A DNA stretch of 64,000 nucleotides from an uncultured Bacteroidota bacterium (lineage in GTDB: Bacteria; Bacteroidota; Bacteroidia; AKYH767-A; OLB10), in contig CAWFDA010000024.1 of NCBI GenBank assembly GCA_963814475.1, positions 5,685-69,684 of the forward strand, read 5' to 3'. The notes beneath the pieces are model-generated. The model was not told where the DNA came from, made no database searches, and saw only the letters and a list, made by a program, of their open reading frames with translations. A program made the translations under genes and the position numbers. How positions within the stretch are numbered: the stretch's first letter is position 1; each line of letters opens with the position of its first letter. Shown here in pieces: positions 9,202 to 19,234 of this stretch.

Positions 9202-10944
9202 TGTGAAAAAACTACCTTTTCCTACACTTTCTTTAAAACGCATTCGAAAAATTATTTTACTGAAGCATTATAACGTTGTAAGCGCATGCGAAAATCAGGC
9301 TGCCATTTTATTCCAATAAATAGTTGTGCGACAAATCGCTTTTAAATGCCTTGTAAATCCCACAAAAAGCCACTCCTTGCGGTATTTTGGCTTCCAGTTT
9401 ATGAGTTGTTGCATTAAATCTTCAAAATCGAGTATGTTTAAGGTTCGCTTGATGTTGTAACTTAACATAATCAAACTCCATTCACCATTTACTTTTTCAA
9501 GTCCTATAAGGTTGGTATAATAGTAGCCCCACTTTCGTTTTATTGTTCCAAATATATGTTCGTTTATTTCCTGTCGTTTGCGATATAGCTTTGCGTTCCT
9601 TTTGTAATTTTTATTATTCTGTTCTACTGCTGCTGCATATTGACTACGTTCTATTTCTCGTCCACCTTTTTGTCGGCCGGTGCATAAATGTTTCACCGGA
9701 CAATCTTTGCATTTTGGAGTGCGGTACTTTCTTGATATTGGTAGGAAATTTTATCCTCTCGTTTTTTCGTATGCCAGGTGCCAAAAGTTCTAGAGTTTGT
9801 CCGGCAGGACATGTATAGGTGTCGTGTTGTTCTATTGTATTGAAACTGGTCTACTAAGGTATGCTTTGGTGGTTCCAAAGGGATTACTGTTTACTAGATT
9901 CCTGTTGCGCAACAATAGTTTTTAAATCATTATTCTGACAAGTTTCAATTTCTCGAGCATTGTGATAACCCTTATCGGCGAGCAATGTAAAAGATTGTTT
10001 GGAAAGATTATTTTTAGCTTCCAGTGCAAAGGATGATAACGCATTGCGATCGTTCCGATTAATGGTGTGAGTGGCAACAATTAGATTATACTTATCATCA
10101 ACAGCAGCTTGGGTATTGTAACAAACCTCCACCACTTGACCTTGCACTAACAAACTTCTACTATCAGGATCAGTGGTACTAATTTGTGGTTCTCCACTTG
10201 CAATTAACTCCTCATGTAGGTGTTCGTACTTAATTTGATTTTTATTTAGCCGATCAAGTTTTGATTCAATTTCTGATATAGTACCGGCATCCTCCTCCAT
10301 ATCGAGTTCATCCATTTGATTAAGATACTCGACTGTTTTTTCTTCAATATACTTGAAATGCCTCTCTAACTTTTTAGCTGTATAATTATTTTTCTTACCG
10401 TTATGTGCTCTTGATTTTGTTCCATCAATGGCAATAGTTTTTCCTCCAATTAAATTGGCCTCACTTAAGAACGAAACAAACAACTTAAACATATTCCGGA
10501 GGGCTTTCCCATTTACTTTTCTAAAATCGGCTATGCTGTGATAATTAGGAACCAGTTTTCCGCACAGCCATTGCATCTCAATATTCCGGTGGCACTCTTT
10601 CTCAAGACGACGAGAGGAGCGTATGCCGTTCTGATAACCATACAAATAAATCTTTAAAAATAGTTTGGGCTCAAAAGAGGGTCGGCCCTCCGTCTGAATC
10701 TCTTTAACAATAAATCCCAACTTTTCTAATTTTAATTTATTTACAAAGGCATCCAAGAAACGAACGGGATCGTGAGCCGAAATTTGCTCTTCCAGTGAGC
10801 CAAAGGAGAGCTGGTGTCGGTCGTAAGGGAGAATATGTTGCATTTGTTATTTGTTTGACTCAAATTTACACAGTATTCTGCCACTTTTTTTAAATAATTA
10901 TTAGAATTAATGAACAATCAATTGAGGAAATTAGTATTTTCACA
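9202..10944 (-). mobile_element. IS1182-family insertion sequence with imperfect terminal inverted repeats
   Basis: The ends are TGTGAAAAAACTACC (9202-) and the reverse complement TGTGAAAATACTAAT (-10944). Inserted a few nt after the intron 3' end and immediately before CTGACGTTAGCGGC. Confidence 0.75.
9295..10843 (-). pseudogene. IS1182-family transposase split over three frames
   Basis: The pieces are ORFs 9884..10843 (N-terminus), 9693..9878 (middle) and 9295..9696 (C-terminus). They are colinear with the intact-looking copy at 1..939. Confidence 0.75.
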
Positions 10945-10946
10945 GT

Positions 10947-10960
10947 CTGACGTTAGCGGC
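10947..10960 (+). other. R'-like box of attC-like site 3 and start of the next block (CTGAC-GTTAGCGGC)
   Basis: GTTAGCGGC (10952-10960) is the exact reverse complement of GCCGCTAAC at 12584-12592. Confidence 0.5.
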
Positions 10961-11067
10961 AATGCCGGTTTAAATGACAATAATAGTAATTAATTAATAT
11001 GTTTAAGTTCTATTGGTATATCAGCGCTATGATGAAATGATTAATAATAAGTATAATACAAAATTCA

Positions 11068-12456
11068 ATGGTTAAAGTAAAGATGTATCGATTACTTTGT
11101 ATCTTAACTAATCTAGTTATGATCAATACTTCAGGATATTGTCAGAATCAATATAATGTTTGGTATTTCGGAGATCACGCAGGCGTTGATTTTAATTCCG
11201 GTATTCCAGTGGCTTTAAATAATAGTGCAATGTTTGCGTTCGAAGGCTGTGCAGGCATATGTGATTCTTCAGGAAATATTATGTTTTATACGAATGGAGG
11301 AGATCTCAATTCGTATGCGGGAGGAGTATGGAACCGCAATAATGTTTTAATGCCAAATGGTGATTTAAATGGATTCAGTGGTTGCCAAAGTTCGGATCAA
11401 TCATCCTTGATTATTCCCTTTCCAGGAACAACTAATCTCTTTTATTTATTCACACTTGATTGTTCCGAAGATGCTTTTGGCGGTGGGTTTCGATACTCGA
11501 TAATTGACATGAACCTTGATGCCGGCAATGGAGACATTACTATTAAGGATACATTGGTAGAAAATGGCATGAGCGAATCAATGTGTGGAGTAGTACATTC
11601 AAATGGCAATGATTTTTGGGTATTAGTTCACAGTAATAGCACAAACGAATTCAAAGCCTTCTTGGTCAACTCGTCAGGCATTCAGCCACCCGTTTCTTCT
11701 TTAATTGGGCCAGGGTCATGTGGTATTTGTCAATTAAAAGCCAACGCATATGGTACACAAATTTGCTTAGCAGCTTGTTCTGGTTCCTTCCTGTTTAATT
11801 TTAATAACTCGACTGGAGTTGTTTCGAATCAGGTAAACTTAAATGTAAATGGTGGTTTTGGAAGTTCATTTTCTCCGAATGGAAACATCTTATATCTCTT
11901 AGATGGAACCGCATTTCCTTTTAAGTTGGTTCAATTTGATTTAACCGCTTCAAACATATCTTCTACATACTTGGTTATTAGTTCACTCACTACCTATGGC
12001 GAAGGGCTGATGCTGGCACATGATTGCAAAATTTATATGCCAGCGAGTGGAACTCATTACCTTCATGTGATAAGCGATCCGGATGTTTTAGGAATTGGCT
12101 GTAGCTTTACTACTAATGCCGTTTATTTGGGGAATTCATTTAGCAAATACGAACCACCTAATAATATTGATGGGTTATTTGCATCAACCTGTTTAATAAA
12201 TGGCTACCAGAATCAATATTCGCAATCATTTACTGTTTATCCAAACCCTGCTCACAATTTTATTTACATTCATAGTAATACAAATAATAATTTGAAAGTT
12301 AAAATTTCTGATATAAGCGGACAAATATTAAGTAGTGGTATCTATAATAATGCTCAGCTAATAAAAATCAACATAAATAATTTTGAATCAGGTATCTATT
12401 TTTTGATAATTGTTGAAGACCAAATTGTTTATACCCGAAAATTATTTATCGAATAA
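11068..12456 (+). CDS. T9SS type-A C-terminal sorting domain protein (secreted, function unknown)
   Basis: Signal peptide present. The C-terminus reads FTVYPNPAHNFIYI ... GIYFLIIVED ... KLFIE, typical of the Por_Secre_tail domain. Confidence 0.75.
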   Translation: MVKVKMYRLLCILTNLVMINTSGYCQNQYNVWYFGDHAGVDFNSGIPVALNNSAMFAFEGCAGICDSSGNIMFYTNGGDLNSYAGGVWNRNNVLMPNGDLNGFSGCQSSDQSSLIIPFPGTTNLFYLFTLDCSEDAFGGGFRYSIIDMNLDAGNGDITIKDTLVENGMSESMCGVVHSNGNDFWVLVHSNSTNEFKAFLVNSSGIQPPVSSLIGPGSCGICQLKANAYGTQICLAACSGSFLFNFNNSTGVVSNQVNLNVNGGFGSSFSPNGNILYLLDGTAFPFKLVQFDLTASNISSTYLVISSLTTYGEGLMLAHDCKIYMPASGTHYLHVISDPDVLGIGCSFTTNAVYLGNSFSKYEPPNNIDGLFASTCLINGYQNQYSQSFTVYPNPAHNFIYIHSNTNNNLKVKISDISGQILSSGIYNNAQLIKININNFESGIYFLIIVEDQIVYTRKLFIE

Positions 12457-12579
12457 TTCATGATTGCAATGGTTAATATTTAATTTATCAAATCATTAGG
12501 TTAATTTAGGCATTATATAATATCCATTTAATGAAAATAAATTAGTATATAAATTGATACTCGTAAATATTTAGATTGC

Positions 12580-12800
12580 ACATGCCGCTAACATAAAAAT
12601 TAATAGCAACAATTCTTTGAAGGGTAGTTTCCGTTCTTTAAGTTTGTGCAAGTAATAAGCGTCCTGCGTTTTGCAAAAAGCTTGCGCCGGATCGTTGCGG
12701 ATTGTTGGAGATTTTAATTGGCGCAATCTTTTTGCTGAGAGAGTTCTGCTATTTAATCCCTTCAAATTATTACTGCTTTAATTCCTTGTGCGTTATGGGC
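12580..12800 (+). other. attC-like site 4 (putative, unusually long at ~220 bp)
   Basis: Begins with R''-like GCCGCTAAC (12584-12592). Has an outer stem gcaacaattctttgaaggg / cccttcaaattattactgc and an inner stem gcaaaaagcttgcgcc / ggcgcaatctttttgc. Ends with GTTATGGGC (12792-12800). Confidence 0.4.
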
Positions 12801-12870
12801 AATAAAAACTAAACATGAAGAATTTATTAATAGTCGCCTTGGCAATTATTTCATGTAACCAAGCCGAAGC

Positions 12871-13482
12871 ATGAAAATCCTTTTGTTAAGCACCCTGATT
12901 TTATTGATGGGGAAATTATATGGCCAAAACCATGAGTTGGGAATCGAACTGGGCGCAGGGCAAACTATTATTGATAGGCATTCAACTTTTTTTATTCCTC
13001 CTTTACTTCAGGAAGAAGACAAATTCCGAAGGATAGGTGTTAACTATACTTATACCCCCGACAGTGCAGGATTTAGTTTGAAATCAGGAGTAATGTTTGA
13101 TCAGAGGAATTCACATGGTACCGTTTTTGATTACCTCCGTTTACCCGTTGGAATTGAATTTCATCCCGGAAATAAAATACAATTAATTCTTGGCCTCGGT
13201 ATTTACGGTAGTGTCTTATTATCCATAACAGATCGTACCACATACTACAATTATAATCCAGATGAATTTACTGCGTTTCAGATAGGAGGCAGTTATAGTG
13301 GAGGAATTGGGTTTCAACTGTCAAAAATGATAAACGTATCTGCTCAATATCAAAAAAATTTCGATATTTATGCGAATGTATGAAGAAGATAGACACTCCC
13401 CTGGTGGAATACCATATTCGTTTAATATCCGTGGATTTGAAGGATTTTTAAAAATTGGGGTTAAATGCAAAATCTTTAATTA
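12871..13482 (+). pseudogene. small outer-membrane beta-barrel-like protein, apparent frameshift near 13375
   Basis: ORF 12871..13383 has a signal peptide and alternating beta-strand patterns. A shifted frame continues with ...GFEGFLKIGVKCKIFN to 13482, which looks like a barrel C-terminus. Confidence 0.45.
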
Positions 13483-13685
13483 GCCAGTACCTAATCACTT
13501 GGAGAGAAATCATGATTTTATTTGATAAAATTTTTATCTCTAGGGACTAAACGTTCAATTGAACCATTCAATATTGATTCTTATATTTCTAATTCTAAAT
13601 CAGAATTAAAGGCATATTGGACATACACTGAATGAAATCATACTTAGAACCTGATATCCGAAGAATTTTACTGCCACTTACAAAC

Positions 13686-13759
13686 TTGTTTACAACAGGT
13701 GGGCATGTTTCTTTTTAATTATTATCTTTGGTATGCCCGCCCTGCGGCAATGGCGAACC
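13686..13759 (+). other. attC-like site 5, 5' portion (R''-like TTGTTTACAAC plus hairpin)
   Basis: 13686-13696 can pair with the block start GTTATGGGCAA (12792-12802) by 7 Watson-Crick and 3 G-T pairs. Hairpin aggtgggcat (13697-13706) / atgcccgccct (13733-13743). Confidence 0.35.
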
Positions 13760-14239
13760 GTGGAGTGTCTTGAATCACCTTCGTTTTATTGAAGGTGAAT
13801 GCTGTGTAAAACATGCCTGCCTGCAGCAATCAGGGAAGACTTTAAGAGGAGATAGAACGAAAACTCAGCCGAGCGAACTGAGCAAAGAATCACCATCAAC
13901 AGGCGAAAGAAATGAACTTCCGCTGACGCTTGTCAAAGCCTGTCCCGACGAACGTCGGGAAAGAGTTAGCAAACCACCTTAAAGTGCCTTGAAAGGAAAC
14001 CTTCTTTGTGCTGAACGTTAAGGAAAAACGAGAACAGCGATTCTTGTAGGTGATTATAGTCGAGCTGAATAAATTGAATCTCCTATTAAGCCTCGTAAGC
14101 GGAATAGACGATGTAGAAAACACTCTCTCACGTTTAGAGTGCAAAAAAAATGTGGAGGACAACCTGCCTGCTAGCCAAACGGCTAGTTCGGCAGGCAGGT
14201 GTGGGAAAGTAGGGGTGAAATTCCCCTGCGTGACCCGAT
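13760..14239 (+). mobile_element. internally deleted, ORF-less derivative of the group II intron at 7227-9196
   Basis: Colinear homology to 7204-7646 (for example gaacgNtaaggaaaaacg, gagctgaa, gaagcctcgtaagcgg, GCAGGCAGG). It then joins directly to the domain VI-like end (tgtgggaa..gtgaaattccc..gcgtgacccgat). It lacks the IEP and the canonical domain V. Confidence 0.7.
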
Positions 14240-14315
14240 TAGGCGTCATTGTAGAGCAACACCTTACAAACAGACACTTTTGGAAAAATATTACAAAACT
14301 AAAAAAAGTAACACA

Positions 14316-14921
14316 ATGAAAAAATATACACTTAAATTTTTGACCACATTAGTGATAGTGAGTCTTATGGGTTGTGGAAACTCCCAACAGAATTCAAACA
14401 ATAACAATAAAACAGATACAACTTCTAACCTAACTTTGACAAACAAAACCGATATGATTAAACATAAAATAACACCAAGCATTTGGGTTGAGACGACAGA
14501 TGCCAAAGCAGTAGTGGATTACTATTTATCAATATTTAAAGATGGTAAATTAAAAGAGCATCACAAATATAAAAATCCACCGGAGGCAGGTGGAGGTGAC
14601 TTTGAAACTGCCATTATTGAAATTGCAGATATGGAATTAAGTATTTTAGCAGCAGGCCCATTTTTTAAATTTAATGAATCAGTTTCGTTTGTCATTAACT
14701 GCAAAGACCAAGCAGAAGTAGATTATTATTGGAATGCCATAACTGCAAACGGAGGACAAGAAAGTTCTTGTGGGTGGTGTAAAGACAAATATGGCTTATC
14801 GTGGCAGGTTGTTCCTGTTGAATATTTTGACCTTATTAACAGCAACGACCCAATCGTAAGAGAAAAAGCGATGAAAAATACACTTAAACAGAAAAAGTTA
14901 ATACTATCAGAACTTAAATAA
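14316..14921 (+). CDS. VOC-superfamily protein (3-demethylubiquinone-9 3-methyltransferase / PhnB-like domain), lipoprotein
   Basis: Lipobox SLMGC. Motifs KITPSIWV, CKDQAEVDYYWNAI and CGWCKDKYGLSWQVVP are typical of PF06983-type proteins. Confidence 0.75.
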   Translation: MKKYTLKFLTTLVIVSLMGCGNSQQNSNNNNKTDTTSNLTLTNKTDMIKHKITPSIWVETTDAKAVVDYYLSIFKDGKLKEHHKYKNPPEAGGGDFETAIIEIADMELSILAAGPFFKFNESVSFVINCKDQAEVDYYWNAITANGGQESSCGWCKDKYGLSWQVVPVEYFDLINSNDPIVREKAMKNTLKQKKLILSELK

Positions 14922-14952
14922 AATTAAAAGAAAAGTCTCAAATTTTAAAGAA

Positions 14953-15378
14953 ATGGAAATAGCATCTCAAATAAAAGAGTTAATTAAAAGCCAAGTCGAG
15001 CCAAAACAGAGTGAAATGCAAGAATTACACAATCTCATTCTTAAATTGATGCCAAACTCTAAACTATGGTATTTTGACGGTAAAAATGAAGATGGCAAAC
15101 AAGTAGCCCACCCAACTATTGGTTATGGTAATTACACGATAACGTATAAAGACGGAAGCACTAAAGAATTTTTCAGAATTGGGTTATTGGCTAATCCGAA
15201 TGGACTTGCAGTTCATATAATGGGTATGGAGGATAAAAAATTCTTAATAGACACATACAGTAAAACAATAGGCAAAGCAAAAGTTGGTAGTTATGGTATC
15301 GTATTTAAGTCGATAAAAGAAATTAATTTAGAAATACTGACAGAAGCAATTCGACATAGGGCTGAAACCAATAATTAA
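14953..15378 (+). CDS. DUF1801 (YdhG-like) domain protein
   Basis: Size and overall pattern recognised by eye; separated by only 31 nt from the upstream gene. Confidence 0.4.
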   Translation: MEIASQIKELIKSQVEPKQSEMQELHNLILKLMPNSKLWYFDGKNEDGKQVAHPTIGYGNYTITYKDGSTKEFFRIGLLANPNGLAVHIMGMEDKKFLIDTYSKTIGKAKVGSYGIVFKSIKEINLEILTEAIRHRAETNN

Positions 15379-15388
15379 AAATAACGAA

Positions 15389-15468
15389 CGCCTAACAACA
15401 CCTCCTAAGTAAAGCAGTTTATTGTGCTACGAAATCGCCAACTTCTTGTAGCTGCCAAACGTGATGCC
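15389..15468 (+). other. attC-like site 6 (putative, weak stem)
   Basis: CGCCTAAC (15389-15396) is the reverse complement (7/8) of ATTAGGCG at 14238-14245. The end ctgccaaacGTGATGCC resembles ctgccaaaccGTTATGCGC of site 2. Confidence 0.35.
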
Positions 15469-16009
15469 TCATACTAAAACGACCGTAATCAAAACGAAAT
15501 TGACAACAAAAAATAGACATATCGTAAAGACACTCGGTTCGGCAATTGACATAAACGGACTACCTGAAACTATTTGGAATAACATAACCAATGTAAAAAT
15601 TGAACAGTTTTCTGACCCGACACTTTTCAAACTTCTTGACATTCCCAAGCCGTTAAGGGCAGAAATTGTTTCAGAAGGACAAGGGGGCAGAAGAATTGCA
15701 TACTTCGACAGTGGGAAAAAGTTCATACAAAAAATATTGGTATGGAAGCCTTTGACAGAATATTCATTTTCATTCAACCCTGAAAAAGGTTTCAAAGTTT
15801 TGTACTTTTTTGAACTTTCCGAAGGAGTTTTTCAAATCCCAAATGGAGCTTATAATTTAACAACAACAGGACAAACAACCAGATTAAAACTTACAACAAC
15901 TTATAGTATTGACAGAAGACTATATTTTTTATTCAATATTCCTGCAAGATTAATCCTTAAAGCGTTTCAACGCTATTTGTTGACTTCAATAAAAAAAAAC
16001 TCTGAATAA
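15464..16009 (+). CDS. SRPBCC-superfamily ligand-binding protein
   Basis: Size and beta-grip-like pattern. Adjacent to a second SRPBCC gene, with the stop and the next start abutting. Confidence 0.5.
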   Translation: MPHTKTTVIKTKLTTKNRHIVKTLGSAIDINGLPETIWNNITNVKIEQFSDPTLFKLLDIPKPLRAEIVSEGQGGRRIAYFDSGKKFIQKILVWKPLTEYSFSFNPEKGFKVLYFFELSEGVFQIPNGAYNLTTTGQTTRLKLTTTYSIDRRLYFLFNIPARLILKAFQRYLLTSIKKNSE

Positions 16010-16468
16010 GTGGAAGGAATAAAATTTACAGAGACAATCATAATTGACGACAATGCTGAAATGGTTTTTGATTTCACGCAAGACTACAGCAATCGACTTA
16101 AATGGGACACATTTTTAAAAAGAGCTGATCTTATTGACGGGGCATTAAATGCTGACAAAGGTGTTAAAGCATATTGTGTTGCAAAAAATGGTATTGGTAT
16201 GGTGACAGAATACGTCACATTCAACAGACCAAAAGTGACAGCTATCAAAATGACAAAGGGGCCTTACTTGTTCAAATCATTTTTAGGTTCGTGGACATTT
16301 AAAGAATTGCCTGATAATAAAACAGAAGTGATTTTTTTATATTCGTTCTCGCTTAAGTTTCCATTTAACCTATTGACAAAGTTTATAAAAAACAACTTGC
16401 AGTCAAATGTGAAACAGCGATTAATTGATCTCAAAAACAAGATCGAGAATGAAAGCACGAAGACATAG
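16010..16468 (+). CDS. SRPBCC-superfamily (polyketide cyclase/dehydrase-like) protein
   Basis: About 150 aa with a GTG start. The RLKWDTF and FKSFLGSWTF motifs are typical of this fold family. Confidence 0.55.
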   Translation: MEGIKFTETIIIDDNAEMVFDFTQDYSNRLKWDTFLKRADLIDGALNADKGVKAYCVAKNGIGMVTEYVTFNRPKVTAIKMTKGPYLFKSFLGSWTFKELPDNKTEVIFLYSFSLKFPFNLLTKFIKNNLQSNVKQRLIDLKNKIENESTKT

Positions 16469-16594
16469 CATCGGTTTGGCAATATGGCGTCTGAAGTGCT
16501 TCTATGAAACTTTTGTGCAAGGTTCAACAACAGTAATTCTATAGAACTTTTGTGCTAAAAATCCGCCACATCGCCAAGCCGAAAACGTTAGTGG
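16465..16594 (+). other. attC-like site 7 (putative)
   Basis: Stem cggtttggcaatatggcg (16472-16489) / cgccacatcgccaagccg (16564-16581), spacer aaaac, then GTTAGTGG (16587-16594). The loop carries a direct repeat ctatNaaacttttgtgc. Confidence 0.45.
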
Positions 16595-16608
16595 TCATGG
16601 TAACCGCA

Positions 16609-17606
16609 CTATAAAGACAACCTACTTTCTTTGTTGTACTTCGCCTTATAATCTATTGGAGACAAACCCGTTACTCGACTGAAGACTTCTCTGAACGCTT
16701 TAGCATCGTTGTAACCCACTTCATACATTATTTCATTCACTGTTTTTCGAGTAGTTTCAAACATCTTTTTGGCAGCTTCATTTTTACTCTTTGCAAATAA
16801 TCCAGCGGTGTAAAACCTGTTGCTTTTATAAATCTTCGATCAAAATTTCTTCTGCCAATGTTTAGATCTGATGACAATTTTTCGATGGAAATTTTATCTT
16901 GGTAGTTTTCTTCAAGAAATTTTTGAGCCATCAAAACTCATCATCATTATGTTTTTTATGTCCGTTGAATATTGAAAATTCGGCTTGTAAATTTCTGTCT
17001 AAATCTATTTGAAAATATTTGGCACAATGAATAGCCGTTTGTCTGTCATAAAATTTTTCAACCAAATACATCAACAAATGTAAAAACGAATAGGCACCAC
17101 CATTGGTGTAAATTCCGTTTTCATCAGTGATTAATTGGTCTGTTTGCAAATTCACATCAGGATACAATTCTTTAAAATTTTCAGTTAAAGCCCAATGAGT
17201 AGAACAAGTTTTCCCTGCAAGGATTCCGGAAGAAGCCAACATAAAACTTCCTGCACACATACTTGCGATTTCTGCACCTTGCTTATATTGTTTCGCTACC
17301 CAATCTATTAATAGCTTATTGTTTTTAGACGCCGTTTCATAACTACGAATTAAAGATGCAGGAATGATGATAAGATTGGTTTTATCTATTTCATTAATAG
17401 CAACTTGATGCTTAATGGAAAGTAAATTGTTATTCAAAAAATCATTTTTTGTAGCACCAACCAACTCAATTTTAAAAATGGCTTTCTCGATTCTTTCTCG
17501 CAAAATAATTGTTCGCTTCGCTAAAAACTTGATATGCACCTACAATACAAGCAATTGTACTCATATTGGTTTGTTCATCTGGAACCAGAATGCTCAAATG
17601 TTTCAT
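16609..17606 (-). pseudogene. GlxA-type AraC-family regulator (DJ-1/PfpI domain plus AraC HTH), at least 3 frameshifts
   Basis: Fragments are MKHLSILVPDEQTNMSTIACIVGAYQVF (from 17606), ORF 16931..17539 (DJ-1/PfpI, SMCAGSF), ORF 16737..16934 (HTH 1), and MFETTRKTVNEIMYEVGYNDAKAFREVF (HTH 2, ending at 16609). Confidence 0.75.
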
Positions 17607-17726
17607 TTCCAATTTTGTGACAAAGTTAAGTAAAACAAATGTCTAAATCAACCCGTTATTATGTCTAAAAGCACCTTATGAAATCACGTTTTAGACATTA
17701 CCTTTGTAAAATAAAATTTTATTAAA

Positions 17727-18206
17727 ATGATAACAACAGAATTATTTGTAAAAATGGTCATTGACAGATGGAATGGTTCCATTGTTAATTTAAACAAACA
17801 CTTGAATACATTGACCGATGAGCAATTGCAAAAAGAAATTGCACCAGGCAAAAACAGAGGAACGTATTTGTTGGGACATCTTATTGCTGTTCACGATGAT
17901 ATGTTAATACTGTTGGATATGGGCGAAAAATTATATCCTGAATTATTCGAGCCTTTTATTAAACAAGCCGATAAAGTGGCTACTCAAACGCCAACAGTTG
18001 CTGAATTGAGGGAAATGTGGGAAAAACAAAATGCACATTTGCAAGAAAAATTTGAAGAACTAAAACCCGAAGAATGGTTTGAAAAACATACTGCCGTTTC
18101 TGAAGAAGATTTTGCAAATGAACCGCATCGCAACAAATTGAACATCATCATTACTAGAACTTCACATTTACAGTACCACACCGGACAAATTGTTTTACTC
18201 AATTAA
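17727..18206 (+). CDS. DinB-family (DinB_2) metal-dependent four-helix-bundle protein
   Basis: His triad context: LLGHLIAVHD ... SHLQYHTGQI. Confidence 0.6.
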   Translation: MITTELFVKMVIDRWNGSIVNLNKHLNTLTDEQLQKEIAPGKNRGTYLLGHLIAVHDDMLILLDMGEKLYPELFEPFIKQADKVATQTPTVAELREMWEKQNAHLQEKFEELKPEEWFEKHTAVSEEDFANEPHRNKLNIIITRTSHLQYHTGQIVLLN

Positions 18207-18218
18207 AAATAACAACAT

Positions 18219-18648
18219 ATGACAAATCAAAATTTTCAATACAGTTTTACCACTCTCAAAAACACAAACGAAGTCTTTGCACATTTAATTAATCCTAAAA
18301 ATTGGTGGGTAGGTTTATTTGGCGAAACAATAGAAGGAAAAAGCGAAGAGCGTTAACGATGAATTTTCTTTCAGAGCAGGTGATGGTGTGCATTATTCCA
18401 ATCAAAAATTAATAGAATTTGTTGCCGACAAAAAAATAGTTTGGTTGGTTACCGAAAGTAATTTATCGTTCTTAAAAAACACCAACGAATGGGCAGGAAC
18501 AAAAATTTGTTTCGACATTGAAAAAGTTGGCGACAAAACCAAAATAACATTTACACACGATGGTTTAATTCCGCAAATTGAATGTTATGGTGGTTGCTCC
18601 AATGCTTGGACACAGTACCTGCAAAATCTTCAAGAATATCTCCAATGA
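18219..18648 (+). pseudogene. SRPBCC / AHSA1-like protein, frameshifted near 18350
   Basis: MTNQNFQYSFTT...WWVGLFGETIEGKSEE runs into a stop. It continues in another frame with FSFRAGDGVHYSNQKLIEFVADKKIVWLV. It is a paralog of the next gene. Confidence 0.6.
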
Positions 18649-19232
18649 AATATTTAATTCCAACTATTTTAATCATAGCATTGCTTTCTTGTAATAAAAG
18701 AATAACAACATCAAATCAAAATACAAAAATGAACAATACATCAAGTAAAAATTATACCACTACAATCTCAGTTGATAAAGACATTTCAAGTGCATTTAAT
18801 TCCATAAAAAATATCAGAGGTTGGTGGTCGGAAGCAATTGAAGGAAATACAGACAAGGTTGGCGAAACATTCTTTTATCATTATAAAGATGTGCATTTAT
18901 GCAAAATAAAACTCATTGAAATGGTTGCCGATAATAAATTGGTGTATCAGGTAATAGACAATGAATTTAATTTTACAAAAGACAAAACAGAATGGATTAA
19001 TACTAAACTCATTTTTGATTTATCGACCGAAGGAAACAAAACCAAAATAGTATTTACGCACGAAGGTTTAGTGCCAGACTACGAATGTTATAATGTTTGC
19101 AACGATGCTTGGACAAGCTATATACAAGGAAGTTTGAAAAATTTTATTGAAACAGGAATAGGCAAACCAAACGGAAAAGAAGGTGGCTTGAATGCCGAAT
19201 TGGTTAAAAAATGGGGATTGCCAAATAAATAA
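18645..19232 (+). CDS. SRPBCC / AHSA1-like lipoprotein
   Basis: Lipobox LLSCN. The stretch IRGWWSEAIEGNTDKVGETFFYHYKD ... FTHEGLVPDYECYNVCNDAWTSYI parallels the upstream paralog. Confidence 0.6.
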   Translation: MKYLIPTILIIALLSCNKRITTSNQNTKMNNTSSKNYTTTISVDKDISSAFNSIKNIRGWWSEAIEGNTDKVGETFFYHYKDVHLCKIKLIEMVADNKLVYQVIDNEFNFTKDKTEWINTKLIFDLSTEGNKTKIVFTHEGLVPDYECYNVCNDAWTSYIQGSLKNFIETGIGKPNGKEGGLNAELVKKWGLPNK

Positions 19233-19234
19233 AA

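Noticed and set aside
12571-12765. A 64-aa minus-strand ORF between the T9SS gene and the beta-barrel gene.
   Set aside because: It lies entirely within the long hairpin-forming attC-like element and shows no recognisable motif or start context.
13728-14319. ORFs 13728..13982, 13896..14249, 14050..14319 and the 5' extension of 14199..14921 considered as genes.
   Set aside because: They overlap the intron-derived element, which is homologous to non-coding parts of the full intron. The VOC lipoprotein plausibly starts at the ATG at 14316, where its signal peptide begins.
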